Assembly: GCA_051294375.1 (NCBI GenBank)
Contig: CM119268.1
Location: forward strand, 21,077,869 to 21,141,868
Length of the DNA: 64,000 nucleotides
Source: Paraspadella gotoi
Taxonomy: Eukaryota > Animalia > Chaetognatha
Direction: 5' to 3'
The position numbers and the translations under genes are program-made. Of this stretch, positions 27,458 to 40,430 are shown one piece after another. The first letter of the stretch is position 1; every line of letters starts with the position of its first letter. The notes under the pieces are model-generated. The model was not told the origin of the DNA, did no database searches, and saw only the letters and a list, made by a program, of their open reading frames with translations.

Positions 27458-27626
27458 TTGACAAGAGAAGCGAACTTCGACGTTTTCCGTGAGGGAGAGA
27501 GTCCGCTGCGGTTTGCACAGCGGATAGCCGACGACGATCACCGTGACGCTGAGTTTGTGACTGCATCTGTAGTGACCGCTGTCGCGAAAAGCCACTGTGC
27601 GGATGGTCAGGGAGTAGAGGCGACGT
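27458..27626 (-). CDS. Exon encoding the end of a V-set Ig domain and the start of the C2-set domain
   Basis: Acceptor cccccccccgaacag|A, donor TGTCAA|gtgaga, 169 bp. RRLYSLTIRTVAFRDSGHYRC contains D-x-G-x-Y-x-C, and the exon ends FSCQ, in phase with exon 20293. Confidence 0.88.
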
Positions 27627-28536
27627 CTGTTCGGGGGGGGGNNNNNNNNNNNNNNNNNNNNNNNNNGGGGTAGCGGGAAAAGGTTATAACGTAGTGATGG
27701 CATGGCATGAAGTATAGCATGGATGGAGTTGATTGCGATAAAAATGAAATGTATGAGTAGCAATAATTAAATGAATGAATTAAATGAATTAGATAATGAC
27801 TATTAATGATATGCACAGAAGAAAAGGGGAAAGAAATTAAAGCGGATATGGCGCTTAGAATGCCAAAAAATATGGATAGGACGAGAATGGCATAAATGGA
27901 TTTTGCGCAAATGTTCAGACTCGAAAGGAAAAAAAAAAGGAAATGTTCTAAATTTTCCCTTCAGTTTAAATGAAAAACAAAAATTTAAAAGTGAAAAAGA
28001 GAAAACAAAGACGCACAACACGCCAATAAACGAAACAAAGGGAAAAACCTTGCTAAACCAAGCGAACAAAGCTCTTGCGACGGAAAGAAAAAATGAGGGC
28101 GTGTCAACAGGGAGAATAAGCAAAAACAAAAGGGAAAATGAAAAAAAGATGGTGTTTTAAAAGTGAAGGATAAGGCGCCGAGCGGTTCAGAATGAAGAGA
28201 AGAGAGCGTGAACGCAGAAGAGCAGAGAGAGAGAAGATCGAAGACGAGATTGAGATGAGAGAGAAAGAGAAATACGAGAGAGAGATCGACGAGGGACGAG
28301 AGAGAGAGATGAGAGAGGAGAGAATAGAGACTAGGAGAGGAGAAGAGGAGTAAAGAGAAATATGAGGAGAGATGAGAGACGAGAGGACGGGAGAGTAGAG
28401 ATGACCGAACGTGAGAAACTAGATGATGAGAGCAGAGAGAGCGATGAGAGAGAGAGAGGAGAGCAGACGAGAGAGAGAGAGAGAGGAAAAAGAGAAACTA
28501 GAGAGAGGAGGCATATGCGTTGACTTTTCCCTCCAG

Positions 28537-28608
28537 CTATTCTCGACGTCTGCACCTTGGTACCTGAGGCCCGCGACTCACGAGACGGCGGGACTCCTCG
28601 GCGGCGGA
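28537..28608 (+). CDS. Candidate 72-bp exon of an unidentified plus-strand gene
   Basis: Acceptor tgacttttccctccag| and donor GGA|gtaagt around a GC-rich island, with two open frames. No recognisable product. Confidence 0.35.
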
Positions 28609-29214
28609 GTAAGTTCGCGTCTTGCATTCGCTCGTGCTTTGCCGCGGAGAGGGAGAGGCAGGATTTTCTTCCTTTCCTTCTCTCTGTTTTTCGCCTCCTT
28701 CTTCTCGATCCTCATTTCGCTGGGTCTATACTCCTTCGAGATTTCGGTGTCACGAGAATTTATGACTTCTTATTGCTGAAAATATATTTTTTTCAATGTG
28801 CCAATTTTCAAAAAGGGGGAAAAACTAAACCTTTACAAAACCAAATGTATGGGGTTTAATGTGAATTTTTCTTGATAGATTGTATAAACAAAAATTGTAA
28901 TTAAGGAAGTTAAGTTTACTCTGTAATGTCTGACGTATAGATTTTTACCAAAGAAATGACTGAGGAGAATCATTAGTTGAATATTTCTATTTTTTACTTT
29001 TAAAAAGAAATAAACTCCTTCAAACGCTCTGCATTTTTTTCCAATTAGCATAGTCTGTTTTTGAATCACAAATATTGTTATTGATTGCTTGCCCTCTTTT
29101 TCGTGTGTTTATGAGTTTAAGGCATATAACAGATTTTTTAAAATTTCAATAACAACGAATTGTTTTTTATTGTCATAGGAAACATTGTTTCGACTCTGTA
29201 GGTTGAGAGCTCCT

Positions 29215-30755
29215 TCATCAGCCATCTGACCTAATCAACAATTGTTTCTTCTTTAATGTCAGTTTTTAGAGAGCAGACGCAAGAGATGAGAGAGAGAAAT
29301 CAGAGCAGAGAGATAAAAAGAGGGAGATTGCCAACATACAGATTGAGAAAGGGACTAGTGGTCAGATGTGAGGCACATGGTGAAAGTAAGAGCAAGTGAA
29401 GAAGATAAATTGGATTGAGAATTTTTTTTTGAAGGGTGAAAAAAATTGTGACGTGGAGAGCAGAGAGAGGCAGGAGACTGAAGACAGAGGCAGAGGAAAA
29501 TTAGTTGACACTTTCGGTAAATGTACAAACAAATGCTGAAAACTGGGGACAAAACTTAATGTTCAATCTAGTAGTAACAAGTCAATATAATAACTTAGTT
29601 GACTATTTCAAGATGAAATATGAAAGGCGGAAATAAGTTGTTAGGGATAGTTAAGTGAAGATGTTAGTGAAATAAGATTAAAGAAAGAAGCTCAAAAAAG
29701 AGAATATACATCGAAGCCCTCGAGCCTCTCTTCGCTGGGAATCGGTGATGGGGACGATTCGACCTCCCTCCAAGCTGATGACTTCGCTGTATTCAAAAAT
29801 GGATGTGGTGAACGCCCAACACCACCTCCAACCGCACGGCGTGATTTCCCCTGTCCCTACTCACGGGTCAGGCGGGAGGTCCTCTCGTGCAGGCAACCAT
29901 TGGCACGGCCTCGATTACCTCTCCTGATGCCAACAGCAACGTCGGTGCGAATCTCCTCGCAAGCGAGCGGCTCGCCCGAACAACGGGACAGCTGCAGGAG
30001 GCAAGGGGAGGAAATCTGTATCTCCTGCACCCAAAACCAGCCCAGAACCAGAGTAATCGCTGCCGCCTCGTCGTCAGGCGAGAGGGAGGGCCTTCGGCAG
30101 GCGTTTATCAGGGCCAGATAGGGGGATATGTTAGGCAATAGCGTGTTGCGGAATTAATGCCTCAGCCTACAACCAATTACTCTCTCAACCTATGACAAGC
30201 CATGAACCGCCATCCCTATCGCGTGAGGCCGGTCCTACATCGTCCGTCCCACGAGCCTGGGGGGGGGCAGCTCTTTTTTGAGCTCTATTCTTTATCTTTA
30301 TGTTCACTAGACATCTTGCCCACTTAAAACTATCCCTAACAACTTTATTTTCCCTTTCATATGTTCATTCTTTTAATAGTTACTAAGTTATTAATTGATT
30401 TGCTTATCTACTAGACTTTAACATTATAGTTTGGTCTCAGTTTTACTTTGTGTGTACATTACAAACTTGTGAACTGATTTTCTCTGCCTCTGTTTATGTC
30501 TCTCTCTCTCTGCTTCCTCGCAATTTTTTTCACCCCTTCAAAAAGATTTCAACCAATTTATTCTTCCTTTCCTTGCTTGCTTACTTTCACCTGTCCTCAC
30601 ATGCTGACGCACTGCTCGCTTTTCTCAATTCTTTGTTTGCGAATCTCCCTCTTTTGCGTAATCTCTTCTCTCTATTTCTCTCTCTCTCTCTCTTCTCTCT
30701 CTAAATACTGACATTAAGAGAAAAAAATTGTTGATAGTTCAGGATGCTGATGGCA
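29215..30755. repeat. ~490-bp inverted repeat (29215-29703 / 30270-30755) around a GC-rich 570-bp spacer
   Basis: catcagccatctgacctaatcaacaatt vs aattgttgatagttcaggatgctgatg; agctcaaaaaagag vs ctcttttttgagct. Confidence 0.8.
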
Positions 30756-31172
30756 AGACTTCAGTCTCTCTCTTATTGGATAAAAAATGAATGTATGAAT
30801 GAATAATTAAATGAATGAATAAATGAATTAATGAATGAATTAATGAATGGACAGAAGAAAAGGGAAAGAAATTAAAGGGATAGGTAGAATGAAAAAAATG
30901 GATAGACGAGAATGGATAAAATGGATTTTGGAAATTTAACTCGAGAAAAAAAAGAAATGTTCTATTTTTCCCTTCATTTAAATGAAAAAAAAAATTTAAA
31001 AGTAAAAAGAAGAAAACAAGACGCAACACGCAATAAACGAAACAAAGGGAAAAACCTTGTAAACCAAGCGAAAAGTCTTGGACGGAAAAAAATGAGGTGT
31101 CAAAGGAAATAAGCAAAAACAAAAAAGGTGTTAAAAGTGAAGGAAAGGGGAGGTTTTAGAGAGAGAGAGAGC

Positions 31173-31205
<33 letters not shown>

Positions 31206-31316
31206 TGAGAGAGAGAGGAGAGAGAGGAGAGAGGAGAGAGGAGAGAGAGAGAGAGACAGACGAGAGAGAGGAGAGTAGAGAAGAGAGGAGAGACGAGAGA
31301 GAGAGAAAGAGAAATC

Positions 31317-31353
<37 letters not shown>

Positions 31354-33216
31354 TGTTGGAAAAGAACGGAGGGAAAATTGGAAAACGATTTGGCGAAGGC
31401 GAACCTGAAGAGCTCGACGTCAAGGTTCAGGGTGTCGAATCGTCAAACGGATTCTTGGCGTTTGGAAGGGGGGAGTATGGGGGGGGAGGAAAAAAAGGGG
31501 GTGGGGTTAGGGTGTGCCAAAAATTTCAAAATCATAGCAGCTCAATTTACATCCGGGCAGCAAATATGTGGGGGTATAAAAAAGTATGTTTGGCAAATCT
31601 CATCGAATTTGCTTCAACACCCTTAGCACTACCCTTTGCTTAAAGGATTTTTGGCATCACCTTTGACTAAAAATTAATTGTTTAAAAAAATATGAACTTG
31701 TTTCGCCGTCCACCTCAATCTTTATTAGCTGTGGGAAGCTCATTCAAAGATTATTTTCACGTCAATTTGAAGTTGCTTCTTTCATCCACAGCCATTCACA
31801 ACTGGCTTCGCACAGGCATTGCTGGAGATGTGGAGTTGATAACATCATTGATTATAATTCCTAACCATTCAGGGTAGAATCTCTTACTTTGACATAGTTT
31901 TACAACTAATTATGTTTACTCTATTATAATAAACCATACATTTGATTTTATTTACGTGGTGTGGTTACAATCCTGGAGGATACTTTCTGTTCCTTTTTTT
32001 ATTTTCATAAAATTTTAATTTTAATTACATTTTCTGTTAATTTATATTACAGGCTGCATGTAAGATGATACAAAAATTGGTCAGATCCAAAAAAAATTGC
32101 AAAATGAATTAAGCCTAGATTTCAAGATGAGCCTCTTGAAGGTCTGGGAGCAGCACTCAACACACCTTTACTGAGTAAAGATACTTAATTTTTTAAAATA
32201 TAAAATGCTTGTTGGTTAAAATTTAATGTACCAAAAATTATGCTTCAAGTTTTAATACACTTATACCCATAAAAACTAGAGAATATTTTGAATACTGCAT
32301 TATGCAAAGTGGTTTTGGTTCGTATTTTGCTTCAATAGAGAATTGTTGAAGAACAATTAACAAAGGGGGACCAAATGTATGTAATGTATCTTGAAGCAAA
32401 TCTTCATTTAAATTAACTCGGAAGATCTTATAATATGACAATGAGACAACAACGACAACAGAGATATGAATTTCCAGTGTCAAGGAATCTTTGGTGACTA
32501 AGGTCAAATGTAAATGACATATCAATTCGAGTACCCCCGATTAAATAATTTTAATTATTATTTGGCCAACAATATATATATATATATTTTTATAATAACA
32601 TTAAATGAATTAATATGATTGGTTCAAATAAAATTCCTAAAGGAAAATGGCAACCAGCAACCAACGGAGACAATTAATTAATTGAAACATCTAGCAATGC
32701 TTAATATTATTGATATAGTCAAGTAAATAAGAATAGGCAAAAAAAGAAAAAAGAGGACAGAACAATAGCAATAATAAAAAATCTTAAAGAATAGGATTGA
32801 GCTACCTTTCAATGAATAACAATATTGATTTGCGATGATAACCAAATATTGATCGCGATAATAACCCAAAAAATAATCAAGAATTTTTTAAATAAACGCA
32901 ACGATTCTACGCAAGAGGATCGTTTACAAGAGAGAGAGTGAGATAGGGAGGAGACAGAGAGAGACAGAGAGAATGAGACACAGACAGAAGAGAGAACATG
33001 AGAGCGAGAGAGACCGCAAACAAATATTTAGAACGTGATAGAAAAAAATTGTTTTTGTTAGAGTGTGGATTAGTATCAATTAACTTTTTTTAAATTAAAA
33101 TAAGACTGAATCTTTCAATAATAATGGTCAAAAAAAATTATAATCCTATTAACAAAATATATACGTTGAAAATAACTCAGAATTACGACTATTTCAGATA
33201 AAAGCGCAGTAGTTTT

Positions 33217-33323
33217 TATAACAAAAAAGCGTGACGACGACGACGAACGCCGGACGACGAACGACGTCACAAAGAAGAGCTGACGCTGAATCATATCCGA
33301 GCCGGAAAGGCTCGATAAAAAAT
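33217..33323 (+). mobile_element. 3-prime end resembling a Helentron/DINE-1-type element
   Basis: (GAC)n core, then hairpin CGAGCC-ggaaa-GGCTCG directly followed by an A-run. Confidence 0.35.
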
Positions 33324-35105
33324 AATATAACAATACAACAATTTGTAATTTAATTATTAAGAATTTAAAGTTGTTAAGTTTCAAGGGAAATATTATTTTG
33401 TGATATGCTTTCTTTCCTTGAGTTGTGAATTAGTTTTGAAAGAAGAAATTTTTTTGTTTTGCTGTTAAAAAACAACGATTTTTAAAATAGAAACAAATAT
33501 GACATGTTTTAGACTTATTTGTAAGTCTTCTTCAGCGCGAATTAAATGATTTTTCAGTTTGTTTTTAAAGTGAAAAAGAGAGTGAGGGAGAAGAGAGAGA
33601 GAGAGAAGGGGTTTTCCAACAAAGAATTTGAAAAAGGACAGTGCTTGTTAAAATATTTCGTGTTTCCGTTTCCAAATCGTTGCTCTTTTTGCTAAAATGT
33701 TTACTATATATCTTGAGTGAAGAACTTACCTTTGTGAGAGAAAGTAAGAATTATATTAGTAGTTCTCAAGGTTTTACGAGCGTGAAGCAGGTTTGTTTTA
33801 AATGTTTCTTTACTTTGATTTACTTTGTATTAAGGTTTTTATTAATTGTTTATATTTATTTTTTATAAGTCCAGCGCACTTTTCCATGCGTATCTTATGT
33901 CGTTCCAATGGCGTTCATGTCTTCTTCTATGCCCGTTCATGTCTTTTCTCTGCCGTTCAATGCCGTTCAACTGCCTTTCATGCCCGTTTGTATCTCAATT
34001 GATTCTACATTGGGTTGATTAACAATGTAAATGTACAGAGGCGCTTTCAACTGCAACACGATACTCGTCGCTTTATTAGTCATTGCTTTTATTCGAGAAA
34101 TCTTACAGTGGCTTGTTTGAGGACAGATTAAAGATTGAGGACATAGAGTGAGGGAGAGTGGAAGTTGACAATGCAATGGGAAGATGAATGACATCGGGCC
34201 CATGAACACTTTTTAAAATTAAGTTTTCCTAAAGATATCGACATTGATTATTAAGCCGCGAAGCTTTTAATGAAGAGAGCATATCGATAAAAATATCTTA
34301 GAAACACTTTTCATGGGCCAAAATGTGATATTGATGTTGTCGAATAATTCTACCAATTTTGGAGTAGTAAAATAATTTTCTTTTTTTACTATTTTTTTTA
34401 AGTCAGTGCAAATACGATATAATCGTAGTGGTACGTTGTCGTACAATTTTTCTGTTGAAACTTTATTAAATATATACTACAATAAAATTATTCTTTTATC
34501 TTTATCACAGAAAGAAATATGGTACTTATTGGCTAATCAATTTAAATATCTTTTTTTTAATTATGCCATATTATTTTGATAATAAAGTTTTTGAGTTGCC
34601 TTTTGTTTCAACGTTTTGACATTTGGTGTCAGCAAGTGATCTGGGGCATTGGGCAAGCTTACAACTCCCGCTCTTTTAAGTATTTTTTAAACATTTTAAT
34701 ATTAATCGTTTTGAAGGCAATGTCAGTTGAAAGTATTGCTTTGTAATACAAAAACTTAAAGAAAAAAACATTTTAAATGGCTTTAAACGTAAGAAGGTTT
34801 ATTATTTATTATGAGTTTCATCATGTTTTATTTCTGTTTGTTACTAAATTTATCTTATAAATGTTTTTTATCATAAAAGTATTGAAGACTGCTGAATAAA
34901 CGATTTTCGTCTTCCTCCTTCATTAGTGATTTTTATAAACGGATCTGCTTACTAGCAGATTCCGGTCTAATAATTCACATTGTCGGTCCGTTGGTCTGCC
35001 CCCAATCTTTGTCGGGCTTTCAAATTTATAGAACATCAAATTATGATAAATTATGCATTGAGGCAAATGGTGTTTGGTTTATCAGCGAATTTTTATTTTC
35101 ATAGA

Positions 35106-35151
35106 TAACGGACAATGTTTCGGCTTTAGATGCAGCCTTCTTCAAGCGTCA
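35106..35151 (-). ncRNA. Minimal type I hammerhead ribozyme-like motif (Penelope-like element remnant)
   Basis: TGACG CTTGAAGA A GGCT gcatctaa AGCC GAAA CATT GTC CGTTA: stem I TGACG/CGTTA, stem II GGCT/AGCC, palindromic stem III ACA-T-TGT, GUC cleavage triplet. The core has one extra T relative to CUGANGA. Confidence 0.55.
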
Positions 35152-35188
35152 AATGATTTGTATGATTAAATTATGGCAAAAAAATTGA

Positions 35189-35530
35189 TGTCCGTCCGTT
35201 TGTCTGTCCATCTGTCTGTCTGTCCGTCCAGCTTAGCAAAAAACTACCAATAATTGTGATTTGATGGATGGATTGGGAATTAAATTTTTGTATGTGGGTT
35301 AGGAAAGTGGTGTGATTGGAGCAGGAAATAAAGTTTCGATGGGAATCGTCAGAGTGGAAATGAGTTAAAATGGAAAAAACAATCTAATCTATTTCACCTT
35401 ATTTTCATTATGCTTTTTTTTAATTTTTATATTAAATGGTAAATTAAGCTGCATTTAATATATATTTAGAATATATATTAGAATAATATATTATGCATTT
35501 AAGCCCGGCCGGCGCCCGCCGGCATCGCCC
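35189..35530. mobile_element. DINE-1/Helentron-like fragment
   Basis: (GTCC/GTCT)n core at 35189-35229 and a GC-rich hairpin gccggcgcccgccggc near 35508-35523. Confidence 0.35.
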
Positions 35531-36215
35531 ACAACAATCACCCTCTAACATAATGTGAATTAATTAATTATTAATTATTTGTAATTAATTAATTTAAATT
35601 TATATAATTGTTTGTAATCGAGATTGTTGTTTTTGTGATTGGAAGAGGCGAGCAAAGTGAAAACGATTTTGAAACGAATAAAAAAAATTAATTAATTAAA
35701 GTTATTAATTCATTAATTCATTATCTGATCAGCTGCTTTACCGCTAATGATTGTGGGCGATCCGCATTGTTTACCAAACTTGTATCTTTGTTTTCTTTTT
35801 TCCCTTTTTTCTGTCGGTCTTCTTTTCATTCTTTCTGTCTGTCCTTCTTTTCCATCCTTTCTGTCTGGCTTCGTTTTCTTTCTTTCGTTTTTTTCTCTTT
35901 TTTCTCTTTCTTTCTGGTTTTCTTTTTCTCTCTTTCTTTTCTCGTTTTCTCTTTCTCTCTTTCTTTCTGTTTTCTTTTTCTCTCTTGTCTTTTCTTCGTT
36001 TCTTTTTCTCTCTTTCTTTTTCGTTTTCTTTTTATCTCATTTCTTTCTCGTTTTCTTTTCCTCTCTTTCTTTCTCGTTTCCTTCCTCCTTTTTTCTCTTT
36101 TTTACTTCGTTTTTTCTTTTTTCCTCTTTTTTTACTTGTTTTCTTTTTCTTCTCTCTCAATCTTTTTTTTTCATTTTTTTTTTTTTTTTTTTTCTTTTGT
36201 TTTTTCCTCTTCTCA

Positions 36216-36247
<32 letters not shown>

Positions 36248-38389
36248 TTTCCTTTCTTTTCTTTTTTTTTCTTTCTTTCTTTCTTTCTGTCAGTTCCGTT
36301 TTCCCCCTCCCCCCCCTTTATATTAAAAGCTTTATAAAAATCATTTCTTTTCTTCTTTACTGAGCACTTGTTAATTTAGTACCAGTTAATTTAAATAAGA
36401 TTTCTTCAATAACACTTTGTACATTTTGTCCCCCTTTTGTTATGTCTTCAACAATTCTCTAGTGAGGCAATACGCGATAAATAACAAAATCCACTTGGCA
36501 ATAATGCACGTATTCAAAATTTTCTCTAGTATTTTAATAGTATTAAGTGTTTAAATTTAAGCATAATTTTTGGTTCATTAAAATTTAACCAAGCCAGCCA
36601 TTTTATATTTTAAAAAATAACAGTTCTTCTCAGTTTACAAGGGGGTGATTGAGTGTGCTGCCCAGATCGCTTAAGAGAGCTCTCTTGATCTAGGCTTAAT
36701 CATTGCAATTTTTGGATCTGACCAATTTTTTTATCATCTTAATAGTGGCCTGTAATGTAATTTCCAAATGTAATTTAAAATAGTATTTTATGAAATAAAA
36801 AAAAGGAACAGAAGTTGCCTCCCTCCAGGGATGTTAACACACCCTGGCCACTATGTCAGATGCACAGACTAATAAAATCAAATGTTGTTGATTTTATAGA
36901 GGAACATATTAGTTGTAAAAATATGTCAAAGTAAGAGCATCTACCTTTCTGAATGGTTAGGGATTATAAGCACAGATGTTATCTAAGCCCACATCCTCTC
37001 AGCATGCTGTGGAGCCAGTTGTGAAAGGTGTGATGAAACGCAGCCTTCAAATTGAACGCTGAAATATCTTTGATGAGTTCCTAGCTAATAAAGTTGAGGT
37101 GGACGGCTAAAAGGTTATATTTTTCAACATTAATTTTTAGTCAAAAGGTGGTGCCAAAAGAAAATCCTTTGCAGGGTATTGCCTAAGGGTGTTGGAAGCA
37201 TCGATGAGGATTTTTTTTTTGGGCAAACATACTTTTTTAATACCCCACATATTGTGCGGATGTAATTGAGGCTACTATGTTTTGAAATTTTTTTGGCAAG
37301 ACCTAGGGTGGGTGGAGAGGGGGGGCAAATAAAAAAATGGGAGGGGCTAAGGGAAAAGGAGAGAGAAGAAAGGGAAAGGAGAGAGGACGAAGGGAAAGGA
37401 GAGAGGAGAGGGAGGAAGAAGAAGAAAGGGAAAGGAGAGAGGAGAAAAGAAAGGGGGAAATAATGAGAATGAGTTCGATTGAGAGATATAGTGTGAGAAA
37501 AGTGATCAGGAGAATGATTAATGGAAGAGAGAAACAGAAAATAAGGATGGATCCACCCAGAGATGAGAAAATAAAAACTGGGGAAAGATCTTCTCTCTGT
37601 TTCTCATGATTCTCTTAATGATTTAGAAATATATATATAATATATATACTATATTCGTTTAACAAAAATTCGTAATAAGAAACGAAATAGGCGTGAAAAA
37701 AAATTTGTCGAAAAAAAAGGAGAGATTTTTGGGAAAAGAAAGAAGAAAAAAAGAAAGAAGCGACGAAAAGAAAAAGAAAAAGAAAAAAGAAAGAAAAAGA
37801 GGTTGGAAAAGGACCGATGGGCAATCTTCGTTTGAGATATTATTTTTGGATCGAGGTCAAAAAAGTGGACATCTGAGGGGACAAGACGGAAAGCCCGTCG
37901 AGAGATAGTGTCGTCATTGGCAGTGAAAACAAAAGTGGAATTAGCCCCACTTGAAATGATGGTGAATCAGAGCAGAGTGGAGTGAAGCGACTTGAAAATG
38001 ATGGCAGGAGCTGATTTAATATGACTTGAAATGATGGCGAAAAGGAAGGCAAAGTTTCATTTTTTTAAAAATGCCATTCAAACCGACCGGTCCTCATATT
38101 TTTTTTTAAAGAAACTGCCCTATCAAATAGAGCTGGTGCTTGAAAAAATGTTCTTGATGTTTTAAGATGAGCCCTCCTGCGTCAAAAAAAGTGCCGGAAC
38201 AAAAGGCTGTCTTGGATGTGCCGTTTTAAGCAAGTGCCGGTGTCTAAAAATGCCATAGCCGTAAAAATGCCATACAGTACTCCAGGTGCGGCTAAATGCA
38301 ATTTTATTCGTGGAATCGTAAAACGGTTTTTCCACAATGAACAACAGATGGGGCGAGAAAGGCAGAAAAGTGGCCTCGGAGTGGCACCT

Positions 38390-38645
38390 TGTAGCATCAT
38401 GGTGGCATCTTGGTAGCATCGTGGAGGCATTATGGTGGCAACATGGTGGCATCAAAGTGTCATAGTGGTAGCATCGTGAAGGACATTATGGTGGCATCGT
38501 GGTGGCATCGCGGTGTCATCATGGAGGCATCATGGTGGCATCGTGGTGGCATCATGGGAGCATCGTGGTGGCATCATGGTGGCATCGCGGTGTCATCGTG
38601 GAGGCATCATGGTGGCATCGTAGTGGCATCATGGTGACATCGTGG
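38390..38645. repeat. 11-bp minisatellite (catcrtggtgg)n
   Basis: More than 20 degenerate tandem units. Confidence 0.92.
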
Positions 38646-40159
38646 AACTCAATTTGGTGACGAAGACAACAACGGAATTGATGGCTACGAAGATAAAAAC
38701 TTCATTCTAAACTTTTAGTCTGACTTTTTGTCCGTACGTCTCTCCGTCTCTCCGTCTCTCCGTCTCTCACATTTTGGAATCTTTCTCTCTGGACCAAATT
38801 GTTGTGATGGTAAAATCCTCACCGTTTGATGTCTTTGCCGTTTTGTCAACGTTTTCGTTGTTGTTGTTGTTGTCGTTGTTGTCCGGCAGTTTTCGTCGCT
38901 CATCTTCTGTCAGAAAAACTCGTCCTCCCAACGATGAGATATGAGAAGAAGCGGGGTGGCTCAGGGAAAAGAGAAGAGAGAAGAGAAGAGAAGAGAAGAG
39001 AAGATAGAAGAGCAAGAGAAAGAGGAAGCGATATGGCTCAGGAACATAAATCTCGATCCAGGGGCAGGAGGAGGAGGAAGTGGAGACGGGGGGAAGGGGA
39101 AGGAGTAGAATGGGGCGGGAGAGGGCAAAGGTTAAACTGAGGGATGGAGTTCATCGGCATCGTAGGGAAATCGATGTCAGGGTAAAAATGGATCCATTCG
39201 TCCGCGGGGGGGGGGCGGTTAAAAGGGGTTGTGCTTTGTGAGAGAGATGAGTTAAGAGAGCAGTGGGGTAAGTGTGAGAAGTATAAGTTGTTTCTGTGGT
39301 TTTGGTTCATCGAAAAGATGGGAGATCGGATCAAAAGGACAAGATGAGATTAGATCACGTGACTCGAAATTCTCTGTTGAGCCAAGTTTCAATTTCTCGA
39401 AATAGGTCACAACAACGACGACGAGGGGGGGACGGGGTTCGAGCATTTTAAGGGGATGATAGAGACGACGACGAAGACGACGACGACGAAGACGACGACG
39501 ACGAAGACGTCGACGTTAAAGGGACACAACACAACCTCGAAATTGATGACGTCTCCGTGGAGTCAGGACGAGAACTCAGTCTTCGATGAACCATGGGTCG
39601 CGCGTTCGAACCCTAATCTTAACGATTTATTTTTGAAAAGAAATAAATTGAGGAAGAAACAGCGCGAGGGGAATCGGTAGCCGAAGCCACTGGATTGGAT
39701 AGACAAAGACGTCGACTCACAACAGAGAAAAAAAGATATACGATTGACAATGATGTCGAAACTGTAGCGACGACGCCAACAAGACAGGAATGACAAAGAC
39801 AACAAATACAAGACGATGACAGAAAAGACGACAATGATGACAGTATTGACAATTGTATCATGGATGACAGCGACAATAATGACAAGCAACGGTGACGAAT
39901 ATGAAATCCATGATGACACCAACAACAATGACAGCAACAGAGACAGCAACTATGATGAAATCGATTATGACAGCGACGACGAGGACAATAAACAATGACA
40001 GCGAAGACGATGACAACGACGACGATGACAGCGACGATGACAAAGACATCGGATTCGCGTCTCAATTTCCAAAGTTGAAGTCGAAATTTGAAGGAAAACT
40101 TATTTTTCGTCGTCGAGAAACAGAAGAGAGGAAAAGGACGTGAGGAGAATGAGATGGAG

Positions 40160-40430
40160 TAGTGGATTTAGAGGAGCGGGAGTGGAGTGGAGAGTGAGAG
40201 AAGGATTTAGAGGAACAGGATTTGAGTAAAGAGTGAGATAGGTATATAGAGGAGCGAGACTGGAGTAGAAAATGAAAGAGGGATTTAGAGGAGCAGGATT
40301 TGAGTTGAGAGTGAGAGGGATTTAGAGAAGCAGGAATGGAGAGTGAGAGAGGGTTTAGGAGGAGCAGGATTTGAGTTGAGAATCAGATTAGGGATCAGAG
40401 ATTAGGAGAAGCGAGATTTATTGGAGCAGT
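40160..40430. repeat. ~33-35-bp minisatellite (ggatttagaggagcaggatttgagtnrgagagtgaga)
   Basis: About 7 degenerate tandem units. Confidence 0.8.

Larger units (their letters stand above)
27738..31345 (+). repeat. Direct duplication, ~27738-28500 repeated at ~30780-31345
   Basis: Shared anchors acagaagaaaaggg, acaaagggaaaaaccttg, ggtgttttaaaagtgaagga. The copies differ mostly by indels. Confidence 0.8.
31508..37305. mobile_element. 5.8-kb non-autonomous element with ~900-bp terminal inverted repeats
   Basis: Arms 31508-32418 and 36384-37305. Termini TAGGGTGTGCCAAAAATTTC and GAAATTTTTTTGGCAAGACCTA. Flanks GGGTGGGGT (left) and GGGTGGGT (right) resemble an 8-9 bp TSD with one homopolymer indel. 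Confidence 0.65.
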
